From NCBI GenBank assembly GCA_001244265.2, contig LN717261.1, positions 558,001-622,000 on the forward strand: DNA of 64,000 nucleotides, read 5' to 3'. Numbering within the stretch: the first letter of the stretch is position 1; each line of letters opens with the position of its first letter. Of this stretch, positions 43,153 to 54,452 are shown one piece after another. Under the pieces are notes generated by a model. It made no database searches, had not been told where the DNA came from, and saw only the letters and a program-made list of their open reading frames with translations. The position numbers and the translations under genes were made by a program. This stretch comes from Microbotryum violaceum (lineage: Eukaryota).

Positions 43153-44880
43153 GTGGGAGCGTGCGGGCTTTATCCCAAGACGCTTCTTGGCTGAGTCGTC
43201 CAATCACTTTGGGATCCGCGGAGTAGGCCGTCACCGCACAAGCTGCATTGAGGCGTTCAAGGGGGTAGCGGTGGTCCTTGTCATCGGCGGGCTCTGCAGT
43301 GGGTACATGGATAGCGGGGGACGTGGGCTGGTACACTGAAGGGTACTGTTGCATTGGGGGTGCCAAGTGGGCTTGCAATGGCGCCGTTTGCGCTCGGTGG
43401 ATGGGCAGGCGAGCCGGAGCTGGAGCTGGAGCTGGGGACCCGGCGAGATGCATGAGTTCCTCCATCCTCTCGGATTCGATGTCTGCCCAATTCTGCTCTT
43501 CATCTTCGATGGCGTCTTGGGTAGAGACGAGCATTCCTCTGGGAGAGGTTACGAGTTGAGCAAGACAGCCGACTGGGAACTGAGTGGCGTCAAATTGCGT
43601 GGAAAACACGAAAAGACACTTCTCCACAATGACAATCCCGTCCGTTCCCCGAGGAAGAGCGTTGAGGTGGTAAGAGGGAACTTTGCCCACACCTTCTATC
43701 GTCACAATACTAGGGGGCCCGGGAACCGCAGCAGCCGCGGGCGCAGGCTGCGCAACATGGAAGGCGCCCTCCGCAAGAGGGGCATCGGGGGTCGTAAGTG
43801 CTGCCAAAGTCGCGCGCTTGCGGTAATAGCCCTCGTTCGTCCAGTATCAAGAGCCATTTGTTTCGAAAAAGCCTTCGACGTCTCCGGAAACCAGGGTGTG
43901 AGCAAGCACAGGGTGGAGCTTGCTGAGGTTATTGATGGCTAGCAGAGTATCCGTCGGGATGGCTCGCAACTGCCCGAGCCAAAAAACCAGTTTGATGTCC
44001 CCAGAGGGGTGGTTCCTGGTCGAACCCGCCTCAAGAAAGAGCTTAGTGATAAGATCCCTGCGCGCGTCCTCCGTTAGCATGTCGGCAGAAAGCGCCGCGT
44101 TGACTAGCTTGATTGCGTTGACTGTTTGCTTGAGCAAGCACGGGATCGGATTATCCTTTTCTAGGGGAGGCAACGACATGATCCTTGATGGCTCGCAAGG
44201 CGGGCTGTTTGAAGCTTAAAGGACCGAGAGATCGCTTTGCGAGGCGTAGCGATTGGGGATGATAAGTAACCGGGTAACTATGACAGAGGCACGGCGTAGC
44301 ATACCTTTGCGAGGCGTAGCGCAGGCGTTCAACACAATTGAACAAGCGTCTGGGAAGACTCCGCGGGAGGTAGCCTATGGAATGCTATGCGTTAGTTTGG
44401 TGCGCCCAACTAGGGTGATCCAGGAAAGGGTGGAGATCGTACAGAGAGGTTGCGGAGAGCTACTTGAGCGCGTGGCAGGCGTGCGTGCGTCAAGGGTTTC
44501 TGGAGAGCAGCAGGCTGCTGTAAGGTCCTGATGAAGGGAGACTGCCGAGTGAGCGACGGATCGCTTGGATAAGGATCCAATGTTGGAGGACCAACTGACC
44601 CTTGGCAGAGGGTGGCAGTGCTGGAGCAGCGAGCTGGTCCCAGAACGTGTCGACGGTGCAGAACCGAGGAGAGGGTAAGCGGCGCGGATGCGAGGCACTC
44701 GCAGAGAGGCTGAGGGCTCTGAAGAACTCACGGAGAGACCTAGGACGCTGAGCGCTCCGGAGAGGCTGGGAAAACGCTGAGCGCTCCGGAGAGGCTAGGA
44801 AAATACGCTGAGCGCTCCTGAGAGACTAGGATTGGCTGACGCTGAGTCAGGACTAGAATGCACGGATGCGCGCTTGAACA
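43153..44880 (-). mobile_element. 5' part of DIRS/Ngaro-type element; inverted duplicate of 46966-48664
   Basis: Near-identical reverse complement, same ORFs (MSLPPLEKDNP.., ..ALTTPDAPLAEG..). Confidence 0.95.
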
Positions 44881-44919
44881 ATGAGCGTGGAACTCTTACC
44901 GCTAAAGCTGAACAGACAT

Positions 44920-46231
44920 CACCTCACTTGGCGATTGGCGAAGGCCCGCTTTGCGAAATCTCACAGGTTCCACCATAACATGGTCGAGCGTCGAATCAAT
45001 GTCGGTGTTCAAGGAGTGCCTTCCATGGACGCCATCATCAAATCGTTCCAATCACTAGTGCAGGACCTGTCAGGCAAGGGACATTTGTGCCAACTTGTGC
45101 AGGTTCTGCGCATTACCAGTGTGGACAACGCCTCGGCCTTTGCCCATGTTGCCGGAGACTACTCAGCTTTCCTACACTTCGATGACGACTCCCTGTTCAA
45201 ACGCCCTAACACGACCTTGAAAGAGATCCGACCTTCGAGAATCGGCCTTCCCACTCGAGGCATCCCGGTCACCGCCCTTCGCCATGACTATGAGAAGGAG
45301 GCGGCTTGCGGTAGGTGCCACTTCGTTGGTCACGTGGGAACCTGCGAACTGGATCAGGAGAGGAAGCGAAAGGAGGCTCACAACGGCAACGGCAACACCA
45401 ACGCTAACAAGAACACCATCACCAATGACACCAACATTGTGGAGGCCAAGGCCCCCATTCCTGTGCCGGTTGTTAACAGCATCGCATCACAGAATCGCTT
45501 CGCTGGGCTCGAGGTTGAGGAGGGACAGGAGGAAGCGGTAACTGGTCAGAGTGGACAGGGGCCGGAGGAATCGGGGGAGGAGGACGCTGGTGATAAGGCG
45601 GATGACGAGGACTCGGAGGACTCGGAGATGGAATCGGAGGCGACCATGGTGTATGGAGGTCATCAAACTTGAGAGCGAGGACGAGTCGGTTTTAGAGGAC
45701 CGCGGAGGATCCGATGGAGAGGTGATTGATGAGGATGAGGTGATGGCGGATGGAAGGGGCGAAACAGAAGGCAAGGTGGCGACGGAGATGGAGGGGGAGG
45801 AGGTGGCGATGGAGGTGGACGATGTGGACGAGGCAGGGGGAGCGACGAAAGCGGAGAACGCGGAAGCGACGGACTTAGGGGAGACAAACAGGCTGGACAA
45901 CGACGACGACAGCGACGCAACAGCAACCGCCGCCACCGCTTCCCGCGAATCGACACCCCACGAACCAACCCCACCTTTGTCACCCGAAACTCTCGCCAAG
46001 TCGCTTCGCGAGGGGGAGGAGTGGGACAGGATCAGAGCAAAATGGGTTGAGCAGGTACGACTCAAGCGGGACCAAAGCATCGAGAGGAGGCTCGACGCTG
46101 AAGCCCCTTTGGTGCGTCACAACTTTGCCATGTGGGATGAGGATGGTGAGATACGTTCCATCTACATCAGGGGGACCGCTGCGAAAGAAGCCGGTAATGA
46201 AGAGGTCGCAGACTGCGGCGGACCTCAGTGA
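44920..46231 (+). pseudogene. Probable LINE ORF1/gag-like fragment
   Basis: [13 protein letters not shown] knuckle, [10 protein letters not shown] motif, long acidic tail split by a stop or frameshift. Confidence 0.5.
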
Positions 46232-46443
46232 CCCGAGTTGACGCCAAGCGAGTGATCATCAAAGGGAAGAGCCTTTTTGATTTTGATTTTTTTTAACTGG
46301 GGCACATAAATTGCAATCCTTTGGGTTGGCTGGGACCGCTACAAAAGGAGCTAAAGGAGGTTATAAAGCAACAACGGCAAGCAGTTGGGTGAAAGTCAAA
46401 CCCCTGCGCGCAAAGACTGTCACCTGTCACCACTCGTGCTTGC

Positions 46444-46926
46444 ATGACTGCAAATGAGCTGTGGAAGAGTTTACATGACAACCATGTCAGACTGATCTCT
46501 GATCAAGTTCGATTTTTAACGGCACAACTTCGCAATCTTCAATTCTCGAAAGGAAAAGAGATCATGAAGCACTTCACCAGTATACAAGATCTGTTCACTC
46601 GACTCGACGAGCTTGGCCGATCTTTTGATGACATTTACAAGTCGAATCTGATGCTGGACTTGGTCACTCATCCCGCCTGGGCTTCGACTTTAGACAATCT
46701 TCGTTGTCCGCTCGCTCCACCGGCGGAAATCATTACCTACACTCGGTCCAAGCTGACTTCGCTCGAACTTCAAGCTCGGTTCTCACCTCGATCTACTCCA
46801 ACTGTCGACAAACTTTCGGATATTTCGCCTACTACTCTTGCCGCTTGTATTTCGGACGCGAGTCAGGGAAATGGTGGAAAGCGGGGGGGGGGCTCGAAGA
46901 GGGACCAAGGACCGAAGCGCAAACCC
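46444..46926 (+). pseudogene. Copia gag (UBN2/Retrotran_gag_2-like) fragment
   Basis: TANELWKSLHDNH..LTAQLRNLQFSKGKEIMKHFTSIQDLFTRLDELGRSFDD; truncated at the inverted-repeat arm. Confidence 0.65.
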
Positions 46927-47637
46927 ATGTCTGTTCAGCTTTAGCGGTAAGAGTTCCACGCTCATTGTTCAAGCGCGCATCTGTGCATTCTAGTCCTGAC
47001 TCAGCGTCAGCCGATCCTAGCCTCTCAGGAGCGCTCAGCGTATTTTCCTAGCCTCTCCGGAGCGCTCAGCGTCCTAGGTCTCTCCGTGAGTTCTTCAGAG
47101 CCCTCAGCCTCTCTGCGAGTGCCTCGCATCCGCGCCGCTTACCCTCTCCTCGGTTCTGCACCGTCGACACGTTCTGGGACCAGCTCGCTGCTCCAGCACT
47201 GCCACCCTCTGCCAAGGGTCAGTTGGTCCTCCAACATTGGATCCTTATCCAAGCGATCCGTCGCTCACTCGGCAGTCTCCCTTCATCAGGACCTTACAGC
47301 AGCCTGCTGCTCTCCAGAAACCCTTGACGCACGCACGCCTGCCACGCGCTCAAGTAGCTCTCCGCAACCTCTCTGTACGATCTCCACCCTTTCCTGGATC
47401 ACCCTAGTTGGGCGCACCAAACTAACGCATAGCATTCCATAGGCTACCTCCCGCGGAGTCTTCCCAGACGCTTGTTCAATTGTGTTGAACGCCTGCGCTA
47501 CGCCTCGCAAAGGTATGCTACGCCGTGCCTCTGTCATAGTTACCCGGTTACTTATCATCCCCAATCGCTACGCCTCGCAAAGCGATCTCTCGGTCCTTTA
47601 AGCTTCAAACAGCCCGCCTTGCGAGCCATCAAGGATC

Positions 47638-49194
47638 ATGTCGTTGCCTCCCCTAGAAAAGGATAATCCGATCCCGTGCTTGCTCAAGCAAACAGTCAAC
47701 GCAATCAAGCTAGTCAACGCGGCGCTTTCTGCCGACATGCTAACGGAGGACGCGCGCAGGGATCTTATCACTAAGCTCTTTCTTGAGGCGGGTTCGACCA
47801 GGAACCACCCCTCTGGGGACATCAAACTGGTTTTTTGGCTCGGGCAGTTGCGAGCCATCCCGACGGATACTCTGCTAGCCATCAATAACCTCAGCAAGCT
47901 CCACCCTGTGCTTGCTCACACCCTGGTTTCCGGAGACGTCGAAGGCTTTTTCGAAACAAATGGCTCTTGATACTGGACGAACGAGGGCTATTACCGCAAG
48001 CGCGCGACTTTGGCGGCACTTACGACCCCCGATGCCCCTCTTGCGGAGGGCGCCTTCCATGTTGCGCAGCCTGCGCCCGCGGCTGCTGCGGTTCCCGGGC
48101 CCCCTAGTATTGTGACGATAGAAGGTGTGGGCAAAGTTCCCTCTTACCACCTCAACGCTCTTCCTCGGGGAACGGACGGGATTGTCATTGTGGAGAAGTG
48201 TCTTTTCGTGTTTTCCACGCAATTTGACGCCACTCAGTTCCCAGTCGGCTGTCTTGCTCAACTCGTAACCTCTCCCAGAGGAATGCTCGTCTCTACCCAA
48301 GACGCCATCGAAGATGAAGAGCAGAATTGGGCAGACGTCAAATCCGAGAGGATGGAGGAACTCATGCGTCTCGCCGGGTCCCCAGCTCCAGCTCCAGCTC
48401 CGGCTCGCCTGCCCATCCACCGAGCGCAAACAGCGCCATTGCAAGCCCACTTGGCACCCCCAATGCAACAGTACCCTTCAGTGTACCAGCCCACGTCCCC
48501 CGCTATCCATGTACCCACTGCAGAGCCCGCCGATGACAAGGACCACCGCTACCCCCTTGAACGCCTCAATGCAGCTTGTGCGGTGCCGGCCTACTCCGCG
48601 GATCCCAAAGTGATTGGACGACTCAGTCAAGAAGCGTCTTGGGATAAAGCCCGCACGCTCCCACGCAATGATCCGATTCGTCTCGAGATGGCGGCAGGCA
48701 TCATCAGGCTTAAGCTCCAGCGCCAAGGCGAGATCAAGATGGACGTGATTGAAGTCATGAAGATCATGTGTGGCGCCTACATAGACGTTTGCGACACAGT
48801 ACACCCCCAAGAGGCTGAACTCTTTGACTCCTACACTGACGAGAACGGCATCCAAGCGCGAGCCCAGCGAAAGGCCAGCAAGGTCAAGACTCTTGTTACC
48901 AACTTCCCCAAGTATCTCCGCGCTCTGAAAGAGATTCAAGCGGTCGAAAACGAGGTTTTTGGCACGTGGGCGGGAGCGGATTGGTCTCATTACCTCAAGT
49001 TCCTTGATGACATGCATGCGGGAGTGCACAGCGGCATGAAGGGCTCCAAGCTTCCGATTGCTTTTGATGAGCGTTTTCGGACCCTGCGCTCGGAACCAAG
49101 CGCTACGGTCACCTCTCTCCTCGAGGCCAGGATTGGCGGCCGACTTGCACAAATGGCAGCAAAGTCCTCAGCTCGTTCTGCCGCTCGGAAGTAG
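47638..49194 (+). pseudogene. YR-retrotransposon ORF1 (gag-like) with premature TGA at 47968
   Basis: ORFs 47638-47970 and 48010-49194 are in the same frame; paralogs read through as ..SRYWTNNG.. Confidence 0.75.
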
Positions 49195-49199
49195 ATTCC

Positions 49200-50773
49200 T
49201 CAACAACGGCGACAGCTCGGAAGACCAGGTCCCCCTGTCCCCGCACACCCTCCCGCCCCCTGGTCACCCTCCCCCCTCTCTCTTCGCTGGCATCGGGCCG
49301 GCACCCCGCATACAGCGCCAATTCCACTTCGAGGTTCCCACTTCAGACCCTCCCTCTACCCCACTTCTCACTTCCTCCGCAACCGGCCTGGCAGGGCCGC
49401 TCGCGCGCGCAACCTTCACCCCGCGCAACTTCACTCTATCCAGTGTGCAAAATGCATGTACCTGTCACAATTCAATTTGGGTCCGTAAAATCAAGGACAA
49501 CTCGTTCGAGACATTACTTTGCTCACATCCTGACCAGGACCTCGTCCAGTCTTTTGTTCTCGAATTTTGTTCAGAGGGGTTTGAACCAGAGCACAATGGC
49601 AGCGTGGCCTCTGGGGACGACCCATCAACGATAAACTTCCCTCGCTCGGAAACTCACCGGAGCTTCATCCAATCAACCATTGATGAAGAAGTTGGCAAGG
49701 GCTGGCTATCAGCGGGAACGTCTTTCCCCATCCCCGGCGCAACATACAGCTCCGTCTTTGTCGTAGAGTCAACCAATCACCGGATGCGCGTCGTCGCCGA
49801 CCACACAAGATTGGGCCTCAACGATGGGATCTCTCGGGCAGCTTGTCCCACGGTCTACAACATGATCATCGATTTCATTCGACTGCTTTGGTGGCACCGC
49901 TTTGCCTCCAAATTGCTGACACCCGATTCAGTTCTGTGGAAGCTCAACGTCTCCTCTGCGTTCAAAGTCCTCGTCATGTCAAAGAATTGGTGGGCTTGCC
50001 AAGGGATCGCAATCAAGAGGCGGTTGCCGGACGGTGATCTTGTCACGTGGTATCACATTGAGTGGCACGGCGTATTTGGTTGCCGGGCTATGCCCTATCT
50101 CTGGACCCGCTTCATGTTGCTTGTAGTTTGGATCACTCAGCAGTCCTACGGCATCGAGTACCCTCTGGCCTACATGGACAACGCTTTCGAGGTGGACGTA
50201 TTCGGTACACTCGTGCCCTTTGTTCACGACGGGGTCCAACACATGATACCCTCGCAGTAGGCGCAGATGGCGGACCTGTGGCAATCGCTCGGCCTCCCCT
50301 TCAAACTCTCACCGGGCAAAGCCCCCTTTGGCCGGCGGGTAACCATCACGGGGATCGATTGCAACTTAGACGACTTGCCACTACTTTGCCACACGCGCCC
50401 AGGCCGCACGTTCGAGCGGATCCAGTTCGCGGAAGCCCTGACGGTGGTCATCACTCTCAACATCGCTACATTGGGGGTGTTCGGGTCTTTTTGACGAGTC
50501 TTGGTTCGCACGGACTCCGCACCCGCAGTTTACGCGCTAGATTTGGGCGCGTGCTCGGACACTCCATTCCTCCTGCTGCGGACATTGACACTGCGGGCTT
50601 TCACCATCTCCGCCTCCCATCGCTTTGACCTGAACGTCCAACACGTTGCGGGTAAGAACAACACCACGGCGGATGCTCTGTCTCGCCTGCCTCTTCCGAG
50701 GCTTTGCCGGACCTTCCCGGCCTTTCATGACTTTGACCCCTCCTTGCACGTGCTGGAGGGGACACCATTATGA
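49200..50773 (+). pseudogene. DIRS/Ngaro-type reverse transcriptase / RNase H, internally deleted
   Basis: IDEEVGKGWL, MRVVADHT..GLNDGI, LWKLNVSSAFK, VFGCRAMP, YMDN (YMDD), RTDS..HVAGKNNTTADALSR. Confidence 0.85.
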
Positions 50774-51727
50774 CGACCTACCGCCCAGGGGGCGGACAAG
50801 GTGTCTCCTTTGCCTCCCGCCCCCTGCCCGGACCAAGCCTGCGAGGTTTGGTCCACCCACTGTCAGATGACCTCGAGTTTTCTGACAAGCTAGTCCTTTG
50901 TGCGCTCGAGCCTTGCAAGAGATCCGACTACCAACGCTCCCTTTGCCAGTGGTTGACGTATGTCCAGGTTCAAAACGACATGGACCTCAACCTCAGCTGC
51001 CACCCGACTGTGTCCACACTGCGCGCCTTCATCGCTCATCGCTATCGCTCCGTCACCGCTGTGCACCAAACGCTTTCTGGCCTTGCCCACTTCCTCGGTC
51101 CCATCATGGGCTTGATGTGGGAAGAAGTGCGGTCTGATCGCTTGGTTTGGGCCGCAATCGTTGGAGGGCAAAAACTCTGGAGGCACGCACCGGTACAGGC
51201 TAAACCCCTCCCCTTTGAACTGGTCAACAGCTTACTTGATTGCGCACTTGCCAATCCGCTGCTCGAATATGATCTTCTATGCTTTCTTGCAATGCTCGCC
51301 TTGGGATTCAGCGCCTGCGCAAGGAGTGGCAAGCTCACTCTTCCCAACACCATACGCTTTCGAGACACGGAGAAGCTACCGGACCGCGACTCTGTTGTCA
51401 TCTCCAAATCGGGCTTTCAAAGTGCTCTCCCTTTTCCTTGCGGCACGTGACTCTCGTTTTCGTACCTCAGGGAGCGGAGCAAAACTGTTCCTGTCGTCCA
51501 CCGGTTCCCCGCTGACTTGCACATGGTTTGTCATGCGCCTTCACGCGGAGTTTGGCAGGGCATACTCTGGCCACTCGCTCCGTTCCGGCGGCGCCACCCA
51601 CTACGCGCTCAGGGGCTTTCTGCCCGCAGAAATTCAACGCATTGGCCGCTGGAAATCAGCCGCATGGGAGGAGTACATTTGCATTTTGCCTGAGCTCAAT
51701 ATGGCGCTCCTTGCACACCAAAAGTGA
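50770..51727 (+). pseudogene. Tyrosine recombinase of YR retrotransposon (deletion/frameshift near 51425)
   Basis: LGFSACARSGKL (R box) and YSGHSLRSGGATHYA..IQRIGRWKSAAWEEYI (H-x-x-R, W, Y). Confidence 0.9.
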
Positions 51728-52264
51728 TCTTCATCTGCCGGTCATCAATCAAATTACAACATATATGACACGGTCCCTTTCGGTTTCTTGAGCCCCGCTG
51801 CAACATGACATCACCTCTCTCGCTAAAAATCACTGTGCAAGCGGCTTTGGAGAGTTGAACTGCGTCTGTACTGCTTGCGGGGAAAACGGACATTGGTCCA
51901 TTGACATGAAGTGCCCTCAACACAAACAACACTCCGGATGGAAATCCAAGTCTGGTAGTTTGGCTGTTGATGCAAAACGCGGTGACTGAAATGTCAACAA
52001 ACCATACCATTTACTCCATCAGTGAATCTTTGGGTGCCGCCCCGCTCCGAAACACGTACATTAACAAGGTCTAGTCTCTTTCAACTCCTCCATAGTGCGC
52101 GCTGTTTGTGGCATTTGTTTTAGGATGGAAGAGTCGAGTTGCAGTGATAAGAGAAAAACCCGCACTCTGTATTTTGGTATTGTTTTTGTTGATGATTCGG
52201 CAGATGTAAGATGAGGGTTTTCAGGAACCTTGGAGCGGGAGGGTGGGTGAAATTTTGATGTGCG

Positions 52265-54064
52265 TTATACAGGCAAATGAAGGTCAAACTGGCTGATGTA
52301 CAGCTGGATATTATGGTCAAATCCCTGATTCCACAGGGAACATGTAGGCCGTCCGCATCTGGATCTCTTGGCAATGTCGTGGTGGTGTAAAACTGGGCCG
52401 GTGTGAGGGCCTGGTTGATCAAATGAGGCTTGAATAAGGGCTCGAGACGATTTCTTGGTCCACTCAGCCTGACATTCATGCATCACAACGTCACCCCAAG
52501 AAGCTTGAAGCAGTGAGTGAATCGACAAGGAGTGGTTGGCAAGCATACGGCGGAACTGATCGTCGTATAGCACCATGAACTCGTAATCCCATGCAGGCCG
52601 GGCCGCCACTTCTTCCAGAAAATCGAGGTAGTGGACCCAATCGCATCCTTGGTGCGTGAAGAAGGTGGCGTTCTCAAGTGCCTCAAGATTCTTGAGGGCT
52701 TGGAGATGTCCAATGGGTCCTCCGAGAACGTCCAAATTCGCCTTAGACTTTTTTGAGTGGATCAACGCGTCGATGCCTTGATGCTGGCTTCCCTCCGTAG
52801 AAAACGTGTAGAAGAGGGAATCTTCGGCCACGTGGGAAGCCTCTGCGGCCGATACGAAATTTCCGCAAAGGACTTTCATTGCCTCGAGCACATCAAGCTT
52901 GATGCCATGGGTACTGAGGATTTTTGCCGTAACGAAATCTAGCCTGTACTCGTTGCCGTTCTTCATGAACCCTGCTCTTTTGTAGAACTCTTGCTTTTGG
53001 CGCAGTCCCAGCACGTAGTCTGGCAGCGGTTTCTGCCTGCTCGTAGGAGCGTTCAGGACACCGTCAAGGAAGTCCTTCAGCGGATCTCGTGGAGGGCCCG
53101 GATCGTCTGGATCAAGGGGCTGATATGTCAACAGGGTAGCCGGGGGCAAGTCGTTTTCGGGATTCAGTTGTTGTGAGGAAGGACGGAATGCCAAGGGCGG
53201 ATGGGGAGCAAGCGCGGTCGGTCGTGGTGCTGGAATTGCCTTTGACTTCTTGGCTCGGGGGTCTAGTTGACGTACTTGGGCCATTAGAGCTTCCCTCTGA
53301 GCCGCGGCGACTGCATCATCGTTTTCCCCTTCATCGGTGATATCCTCCCAGTCGAAGTCCATAGCGACGGGGCGTTTGGATGTGCGCGACGCTTGCTCGG
53401 ATCGATGCAGTGGTCTACCCGAAGGAGTCGCCGCTGAAGGAGGTCTCAAGACCCATCCACGTGGTAGACGGCTGAATTTATAGTCGACCTCGGGTGGGAA
53501 AGTAGCAGGGTCGATGTTGCCTTTGACAAAGAGGGCGGTATGGACCATAATCTGGCCTGCGCTGTCTTTTTTCAGCTCGTCAAAGGTGTAGGTAGGCAGG
53601 TCGCCCACATGTTCGATAGCGGTGACCCGTTTCAAAGGCGGGGGTGGCCCGGCGGACGATTGTTGGCGAAGACGATACAAAGCCATATTGTTCGTCCAAA
53701 AGTGCGCACCGTATCGGCTGAGATACTCGCTGGGGCGCCCGCATCCCAGAGCATGGGCGATCACGGGGTGGACATCGGCCTTCAGGAGCGCTTCCATGGA
53801 TAGGCTCTTACCCAAGGGCAGCTTAGCTAACTGAGGTTCCCAGAAGAGGAGTGTGGACGGGTCAGAGTCCTGCGCAGCGGCCTTGTATCCGTCCTTGAGG
53901 TTGGTGAGGGAGGCGACGGAGAGCACACTAATGTCGGAACCGTCCCACGCGCTCAGAGTCTGCAGCAATGCCGCCTCCGTCTGAGGCCCCGACGAAGGGA
54001 TTGGGTTCGAAGGGTCCCAATCGGGAGGGGCGTAGTTGTCGTCGGAGAAGGGGTCGATCGCCAT
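52265..54064 (-). CDS. Divergent YR-retrotransposon gag-like ORF (open ~600 codons; RT and YR not present downstream)
   Basis: LLFWEPQLAKLP..VHPVIAHAL..HFWTNN; KLDVLEAMKVLCGNFV; LQALKNLEALEN..DWVHYLDFL; YDDQFRR, all paralogous to 47638-49194. Confidence 0.7.
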   Translation of the reverse strand: MAIDPFSDDNYAPPDWDPSNPIPSSGPQTEAALLQTLSAWDGSDISVLSVASLTNLKDGYKAAAQDSDPSTLLFWEPQLAKLPLGKSLSMEALLKADVHPVIAHALGCGRPSEYLSRYGAHFWTNNMALYRLRQQSSAGPPPPLKRVTAIEHVGDLPTYTFDELKKDSAGQIMVHTALFVKGNIDPATFPPEVDYKFSRLPRGWVLRPPSAATPSGRPLHRSEQASRTSKRPVAMDFDWEDITDEGENDDAVAAAQREALMAQVRQLDPRAKKSKAIPAPRPTALAPHPPLAFRPSSQQLNPENDLPPATLLTYQPLDPDDPGPPRDPLKDFLDGVLNAPTSRQKPLPDYVLGLRQKQEFYKRAGFMKNGNEYRLDFVTAKILSTHGIKLDVLEAMKVLCGNFVSAAEASHVAEDSLFYTFSTEGSQHQGIDALIHSKKSKANLDVLGGPIGHLQALKNLEALENATFFTHQGCDWVHYLDFLEEVAARPAWDYEFMVLYDDQFRRMLANHSLSIHSLLQASWGDVVMHECQAEWTKKSSRALIQASFDQPGPHTGPVLHHHDIAKRSRCGRPTCSLWNQGFDHNIQLYISQFDLHLPV

Positions 54065-54452
54065 GAAGACTTTGATGGGGGATGAGTCGTGCAAAGTGAG
54101 AGTTGTCCCTGAACAGCTCAAAAAATATATAAATGGTCGATCGGCTTTGCTCAAAGAGCGCAGGTCCGATTAGTACCTAAACACTGCAACTGAATTGGGG
54201 GATAGGGCATACCTTTGCTCAAAAAGCGCAGGGCGATGGCAGGGGAGGAAGGCGACGCGGTAGGTAGACGCGGCCAAACGAGGTCTGTATACAAGGTAGC
54301 CCCATGAGTCAACTTGCCCAACAAGGACAAGGAATTTGGCAACATGCCCAACAAGGACAGTCGTGATCCGGAATGCGAACCTTAGCTAGAAACAGCGAGC
54401 CGCGATAGTGCGAGTCCGAAAAGTTCGCCGTTTGCGCACGCGAGATCGGAGG

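Larger units (their letters stand above)
46966..51727 (+). mobile_element. DIRS/Ngaro-type tyrosine-recombinase retrotransposon, degenerate, 3' repeats not seen
   Basis: 5' end TGTTCAAGCGCG shared with other copies; gag-like ORF, RT/RNase H, tyrosine recombinase in that order; no DDE integrase or protease. Confidence 0.9.

Noticed and set aside
44528-44600. CTGATGA as a hammerhead ribozyme core in the YR element
   Set aside because: No properly placed GAAA and stems, and the word is not conserved in the 55 kb copy
44881-45672. 263 aa ORF as a real gene starting at [10 protein letters not shown]
   Set aside because: The first 13 codons come from the 39 bp duplicated flank fused to a TE fragment; the same start appears at 46965 on the other strand
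46271-46300. T-rich tract as the poly(A) tail of a minus-strand LINE
   Set aside because: No adjoining ORF2 sequence or TSD to support it
50770-51727. Tyrosine recombinase as phage integrase, Crypton or Starship captain
   Set aside because: It directly follows gag and RT/RNase H in DIRS/Ngaro order and has no introns or cargo boundaries
51730-52260. Possible 3' repeats of the YR element or a small gene
   Set aside because: No match to the 5' repeat and no interpretable ORF
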